DNA of 64,000 nt from Ostrea edulis (taxonomy: Eukaryota), in assembly GCF_947568905.1 (NCBI RefSeq), contig NC_079166.1, positions 26,784,001-26,848,000 of the forward strand. Direction: 5' to 3'. The position numbers were made by a program, and so were the translations under genes. Every line of letters starts with the position of its first letter. The first letter of the stretch is position 1. Positions 13,232 through 24,504 of this stretch are shown here, in pieces. The notes under the pieces were generated by a model that did no database searches, was not told the DNA's origin, and saw only the letters and a program-made list of their open reading frames with translations.

Positions 13232-13365
13232 TTATTGGATGACTGCTTCGTCAGCCCTTTTGTTTATAGTTAAATTGCGGCAGGAATATTCGTATCATTA
13301 AAAAAATATACCATAATGATGTCAGTGATTTTCAATTTACAAAATGACAACCGATTATTCACATC

Positions 13366-14736
13366 CAGTGCTCGAGCCAATGGCGAATTTTATTCAAAAA
13401 TGGCGAAAAAAAAATTAAAGTGGCGAAAATCCCTCTTTGCAATGAATTGTATTTTAAAATTTCCTTTGTCAGTGACACATTTATCACCTGCTTGTTTATG
13501 CAGTCAAACTCTGTTTATTCAGTCAACGCGTGCGACCGGAAATCTCGCGTCGCTCCAGTGCACACAGAGCTGGTCACGAAGGCCAGATAATAGCTGCAGG
13601 TAATGTATGGCTGCAAAAAAGTCTGTGATTATGTAATAAAGTACATCGGACAGCTGTTTACCCTGCTGTGGTCAATTGTTTAACATTTAAAGTCTTATTC
13701 ATTATCGTGTTATCTCCACATTAATGTCAATTCTTAACCACAGGACCGACCGGTAATTAAATTGGCCGTATTATTGTTTATAATGTATATACATCAATTG
13801 TTTGTTTTTGCGGCCAAGCTCGTTGATTACAATGTTTTGATTGTGATGTGTTTGATTTCATAAACATTGCGGTCGGTCACCATTGATATGGACATAGCAA
13901 TTTTAATATATAATTTTTTTTGAAGTTCTGAAGTTCGGTGCGCAACGGTATAAAAATGCTACAGACTGTGGACAAAAGTATTTGCACGATCGCGTCATTT
14001 TTCAAACGTGTTTATCGAGTATCGTACATTGCGGGTTATCTCTCTTTGCACATACATGAGTTATCCTTTCACTGATGATGTATTTAAAACGTTGAAGGTG
14101 AATTATGTGAAGTAATGATGTTTGTGTTCGTCTGCAACTCTGTTATACATGCAAGGGAGTGATTAGAAAACATGGGTTGGAAACATCGGGACTCAGTAAT
14201 CTCATAAGACTATGCACCCCATACTATTTTGACACTAAACTTGTAGCTTCTGACCCTATAGTCAGTCTAAAATTCAAAAAATATCTGTTTGGCTTTACTG
14301 TCAACCCCACCTGCTTAAACATCCGATTCTGTCCTAATTGCAAAATCTTCCATACAAAAACGGAAGTTCATTAGGGAATGGTTGAGACTCTAATTTGGGC
14401 TTGATGTTTTGGGACATCTCCATTTCGGGCAATGTACACAATGTTTTCACTGAGGGGTGTAGCATCATGAAGTTTATATTTATATCATTATGATTTATTA
14501 TCTGATTTTTGATTTCCATAATAGAATTTATCAAACAAATCAACTTCTTATTATTTCAGAAAGAAGTGTTTAGGTATGGTTGCTGGATATGATTAAGTAA
14601 TGTAACTGATTCAAAATCAGTGTAATGTAATGAATAAAATAATATGATGGAAATAATTGTAAAGCATGAGATTATTTGCGCTGCGCCGCACCACGAAAAA
14701 GTGGCGAAAGGGAATTTTGGTCCAGTGGGAGCACTG
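13366..14736. mobile_element. Non-autonomous hAT element, 1371 bp, 8-bp TSD
   Basis: Ends CAGTGCTC / GAGCACTG. TTCACATC is duplicated at 13358-13365 and 14737-14744. Subterminal TGGCGAA motifs at both ends. Confidence 0.88.
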
Positions 14737-15277
14737 TTCACATCGTTTCAGTTATAGCGACCGACAATCAAAAGTCGGCGACAATCAGTACTCCACAAGT
14801 CTAATAGAAATACATACATGTTTTATTTACAATGTGTTTTCAAAATGGCGAGTAAACTATAGATTTGTTCATGGTGACCAAAAAGTTTGAAATGGTGACA
14901 AAAAGTAACTTTAGGTCGTGATTTGCGACTTGTCATAAACTGCGACTGAAAGCACTGCGAAGTAATGCATTAGCATTATAATTTCTATGTTAACAAAACG
15001 TATTGAATAAATATTCAATACGAAAATCCATTTTTCAGACACCAGTCACTAAAGCTGAGATTTATTGATTTTAAATATAGGCTTTCTCCGAAAACATTAC
15101 GTTGGATGAATTAACTTAAGTTGTTCGACATCCACTTAGAGGACGCAAATCTACATCGAGAACACAATTTAATACACTGAAAATGAATTTAGTGCAGTAA
15201 GTTACTTGTTGGATTATTAATTATGGGCCGTCTGCACTGCTGTCTGATACCGGGATACCAGAGCACCAACAGCTTAC

Positions 15278-15564
15278 CATTTCAGAGCATTATCTGCTTT
15301 TCTTCATCACTGCATTTCTTCAGAACATTATCTGTAACTTTTCAAAATGGTACAGATATCGGTATCAACATAAACTAAGTTGGAAAACCCACTAAAAATC
15401 ACATCAAATACACCCCAACAGTTACCGGAACTTGAACTGGATTGTGGGAAAAGTAGGCGTGATATCAACTTCCTGTTGTAGTCTAGTTTCACTTTACAGC
15501 ATGTGATGTAAAAACAAACGACTGTTGTTAGTGGCTTTCAAGTGTTTAATGCATAGAGAACAGG
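15278..15564. promoter_or_regulatory. Putative bidirectional promoter and non-coding first exon of intersectin, shared with CRYZL1
   Basis: A minus-strand donor ATG|GTAAGC sits at 15278/15277. ETS-like CCGGAA (about 15426) and ACTTCCTG (about 15469) motifs are present. The CRYZL1 ATG is at 15565. A strong minus-strand acceptor (TTTTATTATAG) at 8473-8474 precedes the ITSN ATG exon. The TSS is not determined. Confidence 0.5.
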
Positions 15565-18500
15565 ATGAAAACTCTAATTTTGGATGTTCAAAATGAACAG
15601 GAACCGAAATTCGTTTTAGAATCTAATGTAAACTTTTCTCCCTTGCAAAATTAATATCACGTCTCTGTAAACGTATAAGAAAAGTCTTAGCCACTAAAAA
15701 TATGCACCCTGTGTTTTGAGATTTCTATAAAATCGCGTGGTTTGTATTGCAGGAGGCTGATCCTATCCCAGATAAATATGACGTAGTTGTCCAAGTGAAG
15801 GCATGTGCATTGTCGACGCCTAATATCAAGGTAGCAATATACGCGAGCCAGCGGATCAAAGGATCTAATTATATCTCCCCTCTTTCAGGGGAGACATATT
15901 GTTTTTGTACTGTCTGTCACAAAATCTTGTGATTGCCTCTCCTCCTATATGGCTTATCGGATAGACTTGAAACTTTGTACAATTATATATGCTTCATTGC
16001 CATTTGTAGATGTGCATATTGGTGGAACAGGAGAATTCAATTATAATGTTTATTATATTTAGGGTGTCTGGGTAGCACAGAGGTAGCGCTCTCACTTCCC
16101 ACCGCTGCAACCAAAGTTTGATCCCCATGATCGGCAGTGGTTGTATGTGAGAGAGTATGACGGTTTCCCGTTCGGACACAATTGGGTTTCCTCTGAGTAT
16201 TCAGATTTCCTCCTACATAACTAACCCCCTAACGCAAACATCCATGCATCAAAGGATCCCATTCCGTGCATCAAAGGAGCCCATTGGAAATAAGCTGTCA
16301 AGCTTTCATGGGTTACCCTTGGTATTTATATCTGTATGTATGCATGTATATATTATACCGATACTTATATGGCTTATTCACAGGGGCAAAGCCTGTTTTA
16401 GGCCCAATCTCTGATACTATAAATATTGTATTTATAGTATCACAGAGTTTGGGCCCAAAACGGGCTTAGCCCCTGAGGGCTTATAGGATATATTTGAAAC
16501 TTTGTGCAGTGCTTCATTGCCATTTGTAGATGAAACAGGAGAATCCAATTATTTTCCTTCAATTTATAGTGGATCTAAGAGGGGTGGTGGATGTAAAATA
16601 GCTTGTGAAAATTTCTCCTCCTATGTGGCTTATCAGATAGATTTGAAACTTTGTACAATTACCATTTGTGCATATTGCCGGGACAGGAGGATCCAATTAT
16701 TTTCCTAAAAGTTATAGTGGATCTAAGAGGAGTGGAGGATGGTTTATCAGAGTTCATAATGTCTTCCTGCTCATGCTTTCTCCTCCATACCATGCAGTAC
16801 AATAAGGGGAGGAGGGTTTATTTGGAGTACAGCTTCCAATTTGGGGAGCTGGGGAGACATTTGTTTTTCATAAAAATTTTAATTAGATACATGAACCAGT
16901 CCTTCAATCTGATTAAAATCAAATACTTTGATTCGCATGACAATACATTACCAGAGTGGATCAAAGATCTGATTTTAATCACATTGACCAGACCGTTCGA
17001 TTCAGTTAAAAGAATATAATTCATATTTCTTTTCAGTCTGATTGGTTGATGAATTGGTCAGATTCAATCAATGTGTTCTCACAAAATAGACACTAAATAG
17101 TTAACAGATTGCAGAGTATTTTGTTGAAAATGCCTCTCTCATCATACTGATCTCCTCTCAATATACTGATCTCCTGCATAGAATGCTGAATATCATAATA
17201 TATATCACGTACATTATGAAGCATTATCCTTTTTAAATCTGCCCTGGATTTCTTGTTGTAAAGAGTATTTAATTGAATAAAATATTATATTACAGTACTT
17301 TTATATGAGTTCACAAAATAAGTGCATTTCCAAGTTTGTATAATTAGATATATATCTGATTTAATATGTATACACATTACAACAACTTTTCTGATATTGG
17401 CAGGTTCTTTCAGATGTGTACAGGAAGCACCCTCGCAGTAGATACCCTGTAGGGTATGAGGTGGCTGGTGTTGTCACGGAAACTGGGCCTGGTGTCAGTA
17501 ATGTAACTATTGGTGATTCGGTTGTTGGTAAGTCATTTTTTTGTGTATTTTGTTTTCTCTATTGTCTCTCATGACATAGGTTGAACAGTATGTGTAGAAT
17601 TCACCAATGGCCAATCTTCAGATATTGAAGGGTATTTGTCATTTCTGTGTTTACATCTTTCAATCACATAATTTTGTGATTTTGAACATTTGGAAGAATG
17701 ACTAAGGTTAGAATAAAAGTGCTGGAGATTGCCTCTACTTTATCAACCTGCACTTTGGGCCAATTCATGCAACCTAAGTTTGCTTGTAAAAGACCTTTTA
17801 AAACTGAAAACTTGCATGGAGCATACAGTGGAGTGGCTATCATTTATTGTATCTTCAAGATAAACATAATAAATAATTTATCATATAAGGGAATGGTTCA
17901 CGTTTTTCGAAAGAAATGTTTTTCATTTTTGATGTTACAAATTAAAAATATAGCTTGTTTAATGATGGCAACCACAATTTGGACTGTCTAAATGTGAGGA
18001 TAAGAGCAATATTTTAGCTTTGATTCTGTTATGTAAACAAAGACTCAAGTCTTTTTATGTAAACAAACAAACTAGTGAAACGTTAATTTTGTTATCATTT
18101 TATGTAAAGTATACTTGAGATGTGATATAAATAATAAACTTGGATCAATATCCATTTATTTTGAAAACCCCATAAACTATAACATACCTCAATCTTTGTT
18201 TTCAAAACAAATAACAAACTCTCTCTCTCTATCATGAGCTTCTGTCATGATGAATAACCTGATTTTTTGTGAAACCTTCTAAACATATTGGACAGTAGAT
18301 TTTGAACAATTAAAGTGAAAAACAAAATTTGGACGAAAATCGTGAATCAGTCCCTTTAATGTTAGCTAAAGAAATTTAAATCTAGGAAATTCTTTTATTG
18401 ATATTTTTCACAAGATTGAACCACAAAAGGGCCATAAAACTTTCAACTAACATAGTGTTGAAGTTTGAACTAAGATTCACTTTTATGAAAGGAATATACA

Positions 18501-21500
18501 TGCAGTGATAAAGAAAAATTCTAATGAGAAGTGAAGATTTATGGTCCTATAGCATTGATCTCATCATTTAACCTGGGATTAAATTGTATTAAATATTTCA
18601 TGAGAAAATGCAACTACTTGTATTTACTGAAAGGTGAGCAATGTTGTCCATGGGCCTTGTGTTTCACAGGCCTGTGATCTGTATAATATACTCCCCTTTC
18701 TTGTATTATAATAGGTATTGTGTCCCTGGGAAGTCATTACTCTGGCTGTGGGGAGTATTGTCTACTCTCGGAATATGACGTTGGTAAGTTGACACATTTT
18801 TACCTCTTTTAATGATACTGCAATGTCTTGAGTTCTAAATGTATATCGCTAATGTATGCTAAAATTTTAACATTAGTGCCAAATCTTGATTGTGGTAAAT
18901 ATATCTTATATGAAATGACTAGCACTAAACTCTGAAATCCGCTAATTAAAAGTACACATTCATACAGTTTTCTCAACAGTTACAGGAATATTTTTCATAA
19001 CCAGGATCATAAACTGAAAATTTTTCATCTAAATACATGTACCTGTTGAAATGAAATGTAATCAATAAATCAACATTAATTGTCTAAAGCTAATATGTAT
19101 GCATGTACATTGAAATTTGTTACATGTAAGTAGATTTTATCAATCAAATTTCCTCTCAAATCCGTCTACCATGGTTTATGAGATGTTTTGAAAAATATAA
19201 TTTGAAACTGCAATTAATGTCTGATTTTAAAACACATGGTTCTTAAAAACAGAACAAAGTGAAATGACCAGAGATGGTTTTAATTTGAATTGCAACAAAA
19301 TTTTGCAAATGTATGAAAGCTGTTTTCTGCTCTATTTTCAGTAAAGAAGCCAGACCGGCTGAGTTATGAAGAGGCAGTAGCAGGAATTGGAGACTGTTTA
19401 AAGGCCTATACTGCTATGTACTATCAGGCTCATGTTTGTGGAGGTGATACGGTCCTTGTTATAGATGGTGCCACCTCATTCGGAAATGTTGCCATACAGT
19501 TAGCTAGTCTCTGGGGAGCAAAGGTTTCACAATATTCTTATAACCTTGCACGTGCATCTCAAATGTAGTAATGTTATGGCCATCTGGGAGACTATTTATT
19601 ATGCCACCAATAAGTCTGTAAATTGTGTAACTGAGATTTAATGACGTCCATTTTAAATCATGTTCATGAACTAAATTTCAGGTGATTTCTACGGCTAGTA
19701 GTAATGAAGAAAGAGGAATTCTGGAAAATCTAGACACCCCAATAGGTAATTGTATACAGACTCGTGTACAGTATTAATATATAAAATCTAGACACCCCAA
19801 TAGATAATTGTATACAGACTCGTGTACAGTATTAATCTATAAAATCTAGACACCCCAATAGGTAATTGTATACAGACTCGTGTACAGTATTAATCTATAA
19901 AATCTAGACACCCCAATAGGTAATTGTATACAGACTCGTGTACAGTATTAATATATAAAATCTAGACACCCCAATAGATAATTGTATACAGACTCGTGTA
20001 CAGTATTAATCTATAAAATCTAGACACCCCGAACAATATTTATATATACACGTTCACAAAATACGTTTTAAATGACCTTGACATATATTTGCTTTTGACC
20101 TCAACGTTTCAGTTTTCCTATCTTGAATAGTTCAAAAGTGTTGGTTAAATTCAAAGTTGCACATATAGATGAAGAAACACATAGCAAAGAAAGAAAACTT
20201 GCTTACAGCATTGAATTCTAAATTCTTAAAAATTAGTATTTAGAGTACATGATAGATTAATAGGCACTTTTTTCTCTTCATGTATCATACCTATTGACAT
20301 TGACATATTGAATTCTATTCGTTCGGATCCTTTTGAGGTTCTCTAATCATCAACCTTTTATCAGCACAGATAATTGACCTTGACCAGAGAAGTAACATCC
20401 TGGTCAGCAGTGTGATGGAGGAGACAGGAGGTGTGGGGGTGGATGTTGTCGTTGACAATGGGGGTAAGGAAAGTTTGCAAGATTTATCTATTGATTTACT
20501 GACAAAGTTAATAGATTCTGATGTTTTTTATCCTGTAATACCATGAATTTTATTTTCTTAGTCAGACAATTTAATGATGAAGAGGACCAGAAGGTTGTGG
20601 GTGAAAACTTAAGGTATCCCAAACCACACAAGCATGATGTCATTTCCTGTCTAGGGGCCTCTGGGAAGTGGATTACACAACAATCTTCTCTTCAGGTATT
20701 GATACTGATAAAATCAAATATATTATGCTGTTTGTAGATATCTGGATTTCTAGTCAACTCGTACCCTGACCGACTCGTACCCAGGTCAACTCATACCCCA
20801 TAGGTCAACTCGTACCCAAAAGGCAAAAGTCATCTCGTACCCAAGAATCTTCCCATAATGCAATATATCTATGCGCATATAAGTGACATATCGCTTAGGT
20901 ACGAGTTGTCATCAATTAAAGAGGAGGAGTCAACTCGTAACCAGATTCTTGGGTACGAGTTGACTTTTACCTTTTGGGTACGAGTTGACTTATTGGGTAC
21001 GAGTTGACCTGGGTACGAGTCGGTCAGGGTACAAGTTGACTTGACTCCGATATCTGTACTGTGTCTTTTTATAGTTGCTGTATCCATCGAGTTGAAATGG
21101 TATAGGTCTATACAAGTACATGTATTTGTTGAGAAATAACATCACATTGGATAAAGCAAATAAAAGTAATGGGATTCAAGAGGAACGGAGTGAACTAAAC
21201 TGTCTGCATTACCTGACATTGCTTGTGTATCCATTTATCAATATAAAGTACCTTTGTAGGTCTTTAAAATGTGAATCCAATTATCTCCCCTCCATGGCTC
21301 TAGCAATCATTTAAACAATAAAATACTTTCTTTGTTGTTTCATTAGGTTGCTGAGGGTAGCAAGCATTGCAGGAAAAACAGAAAAAATTCATAACCCACT
21401 TTTTTCTGCAATGATTACTACCGTCATCGTCTATTAAAACAACAAGGAGAGACATTTTATTTTGAAATAAATAATAAAATCTTTAAAATACATGTATGAA

Positions 21501-24500
21501 CTTTTAAGTACTAAAATATCACATCCTTGACCCATTTTGAACTTTAAACCCTTTGACCTTGATGAGACTCCATATCTATTATAAATGATAGTGCGGAGTG
21601 GTGGTACTAAAAATATGGATTGAAATAATTTGAAGCAAACATGTTGTATTCATTGTCACAGAAATATAAGAGAAAATATTCAGTGAATGTAAATATATGA
21701 ACAAACCTGAAACCACAATACTCAAGGATACATCAATATCAATTTGTCAATCTGTAGACTTCAAGTTCATAAACAAAATAGGTTTCCTTATAATATATTA
21801 ACAATTCAATCCAGAGATAGAGTGACATTGTATCATTTAACATGTTGTACAAACCACATGTCCAAGAGGGATAATATAACCAGAGATTGTAATGTATAAA
21901 TGTACACAAAATTTTTATGTAAATAACAAACCATCTTATGAATGATTAAAATAAGCCTCTGATCTATCATTGCATCAAAACATCATGATTTATAATTCTA
22001 CGTTACAGTGTACCATTTTAACACTTGTATTTAATCTTCTGTCTTTTTAAGTTGGATCCACCAGACTGCCAGCGATTGTTTCTTCGAGGAGGAAGCGTTC
22101 ATTTCCTGTTTGAGAACATATGGACTCTGGCATACTCCCAACATGGACGATTTCAGCGTTAGTATTTAAAACATATCGTCATGCCCCTCTGAAAATATCA
22201 ATACATATCCTTCCAAGAAAATATCACTATTATTTTTCTGAGTCATTCAATATCACCATCATCATTCTTCTTCTAAGTTAGACATGCAAATCGATCCTCA
22301 AAATTCAGCATTGGGTCAAGACTAATCGAACCATCTATAGACAACAGACAAATTTTTTTCCCCAATTTCATATTCAGTTGACCTTCGGTATCTTGAACAT
22401 CAGTATCTCGAATACAATGAATATATTGAAGTGAGTTGGAAGTCCTCACTACATTTTCTCGATGTATTTCAACCTCAATATCTCGAACTATCGGATATCT
22501 CAAAATGTTTTTTCTTGGCAATATAGGGTTCAATATAACATGATTTGACTGTAATTCTATCAAGCAATCACTGGTTGTAAGGGGAGAAATCAAAAGATCA
22601 ATTTTGGATAAAAATCTAAATTCGGATAATTAGGGGTAAGGGGTGAACATTTCCCTAAGTTTCTGTCATCCGACATTGATTACACAGTTAATGTAGTGGA
22701 AGGAGAAAAAAGACAAGTGACTGTTAAAAACCATTTTGCATTTTAATGAACATTTAATAGTTTTAATCTACATTTTTATTTGTGAATAAACATTAAAAAA
22801 GGTATACAGTGTTATTTATACTAGTTTGTTCTTACTTGTTAATCGATTAGTTTCAACAGTCATCATATTTAGTTTTAAAGTAGGGGGGGGGGGGGGGGGG
22901 GGGGGGGAGGGAGTCTTGGTAAAAACTATGTGAATTTTGATTTTTATCAGACATTGAACTTTTGATCTCGCATCTAAGATGTTAATTTACAAACATCAAC
23001 ATCTCTGTAAGCACAACTAACAAAATGCATATAACCTACACATGTACATAAGATATTTTCTATATCTACTTGTAGAGTATGTGTACATGTATTCAAAGGT
23101 ACACTACTACTTTATGTAATCATAAATATGATACATGTATATTTCAGGATGTTCATTTGATTTTGCAGTTGCCCATCTATGACTTTCTGAGTCAAAGGAA
23201 TGTAATGTTTATTTATAACTTGTATAATTTCCATTTGTAGACATTCTCCAGGATACAATAGAAAAACTGGAACGAGGAACAGTCAAGTAAGTTAAAATAT
23301 TTGTACTCTGAATAAATTACACACACACCCTCCCCCAGATTACTTATACAGTCAAATAAGTTAAAAACTTGTACTACTAATCCTCTGAATTAACCCTAAC
23401 CCCCTAAGTTTACTGATACTACTAATCCTCTGAATTAACCCCCACCACAAGATTACTGATCCTACTTCCTCTGAATAAATTACCCCACGTAGAGATTGTT
23501 GACCCTGCTTGGACAACATTACAAATTTCAAGATCACCACCAATTGTATAAAATAAAAATACGCCCATTTCATTGCTCTTAAAACAATTCCAACATTCAA
23601 TGTCTTTACATAATATAAATTTTACCCAAAAAACACGAAGATGTTTAACAACTTTCAATTTCCATGAAAATATGCATGTCCCCAGTATTCATACTATTAA
23701 CTGTATGAAACAATTCATCTTCCCAAGTCAAGGGTTTCTGATCGCTTCCCTCCACATATGTGGGAAGATGGAAACAATTATAAATACTGGGAGAGTAGTC
23801 ACACGGAGAAACCGTGCACCCTCACCTTACAATCTAATTTCACATAACACTGCATAAAGTTTATATAAACAGGGAAGCGAACCATGACAAAAGTTGAATC
23901 AAAGTTTGCATTTTCCATATAGGAGGAACATAGCAACTTTTAATTCAGTCTGTGAAAGCCACTAGCTCTCGACATTTTTCTAAAATCTAATAATAAAATA
24001 TTATTCCTGTAAACACACTATTCACATGAATAGGTTTTTTACAGGAAGAAAAACATGTTTTATTATAGATGTTTAAAACATTGAGAGTCTGTGGTGAAAA
24101 CATACATGAGATAACACCAACAGTGCAAAAATAAACACAGATGCACCAACACAGGGTAGATGGACAGACAAAGCTGTATTAAACTTCTATTGATAGGCAT
24201 ATAAAAATTACAGCTTGGATTTCATAAAAGTTAAGTGTGATGACTTGCAAACTATGAGCAAATCTTGGAAGCAATCCATGAATGCAAGTTTCCTGTGGTG
24301 TCCATTCTCCCCGCCGCTCGTATACATTCAAATCTGCATCAATTTATCAAAATTTAAATTACTTGGCAATAATACAAAATAATTTTGCCATCCTTCCTAT
24401 TTTTCAGGTGTAAAATATCAAAAACTTTCACACTCGATGATGCAGTTGATGCCATGAAAAATCTAGAAGAATTTCGTACGGGAAAAGTCATAGTCAAGAT

Positions 24501-24504
24501 CTAG
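15565..24504 (+). CDS. CRYZL1: Quinone oxidoreductase-like protein 1 / FERRY subunit Fy-4, 353 aa. Exons: 15565-15627, 15753-15830, 17404-17527, 18715-18783, 19342-19523, 19682-19745, 20365-20463, 20562-20695, 22052-22157, 23241-23286, 24408-24504
   Basis: Eleven GT-AG exons give 1062 nt in one frame ending TAG. Motifs VQVKACALS, YPVGYEVAGVV, KPDRLSYEEA, KAYTAMYY, VLVIDGATSFGNVAIQLA..WGAKVISTA, EETGGVGVDVVVDNGV, KPHKHDVISCLGASGKWIT, LQLDPPDCQRLFLRGG parallel human CRYZL1 (VKACALS, DGASAFGTIAIQLA, EETGGLGVDIVLDAGV, PHKHDII.LLGVGGHWVT, LQLDPPDS..LFLKGA). Confidence 0.95.
16062..16330 (+). mobile_element. tRNA-headed V-domain SINE nested in the HINE
   Basis: GGTAGCACAGAGGTAGCGC A-box-like and AGTTTGATCCCC B-box-like motifs. 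GGGTTTCCTCTGAGTATTCAGATTTCCTCCTACA resembles the V-SINE consensus GGGTTT.CTCCGGGT.CTCCGGTTTCCTCCCAC. Confidence 0.6.
16381..16475. mobile_element. 95-bp palindromic MITE nested in the HINE
   Basis: CAGGGGCAAAGCCTGTTTTAGGCCCAATCTCTGATACTATAAATA pairs with TATTTATAGTATCACAGAGTTTGGGCCCAAAACGGGCTTAGCCCCTG. Confidence 0.75.
19725..20030 (+). repeat. 58-bp minisatellite (5 units plus a partial) containing the end of CRYZL1 exon 6 and its donor
   Basis: TAGACACCCC recurs at 19731, 19789, 19847, 19905, 19963 and 20021. Confidence 0.95.
20744..21048. mobile_element. Foldback-type MITE (about 305 bp) with about 100-bp TIRs built from GTCAACTCGTACCC repeats
   Basis: Left arm 20753-20849 and right arm 20944-21040 are reverse complements. 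Flanked by GATATCT(G) at 20737 and 21049 (7- or 8-bp TSD). Confidence 0.85.
22375..22551. mobile_element. Degenerate Tc1/pogo-type MITE
   Basis: CAGTTGACCTTCGGTATCTTGAAC / GTTCAATATAACATGATTTGACTG+TA, with internal ATATCTCGAA motifs. Confidence 0.55.

Larger units (their letters stand above)
15869..16876. mobile_element. Helentron-associated non-autonomous element (HINE-like) with internal core repeats, in CRYZL1 intron 2
   Basis: 5' hairpin TCTCCCC-TCTTTCA-GGGGAGA followed by CATATTGTTTTTG. The 3' end repeats GGGGAGACATTTGTTTTTC. Three imperfect internal copies of TTGAAACTTTGT..CATTTGT..ACAGGAG.ATCCAATTAT (about 15965, 16495, 16643). Confidence 0.6.
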
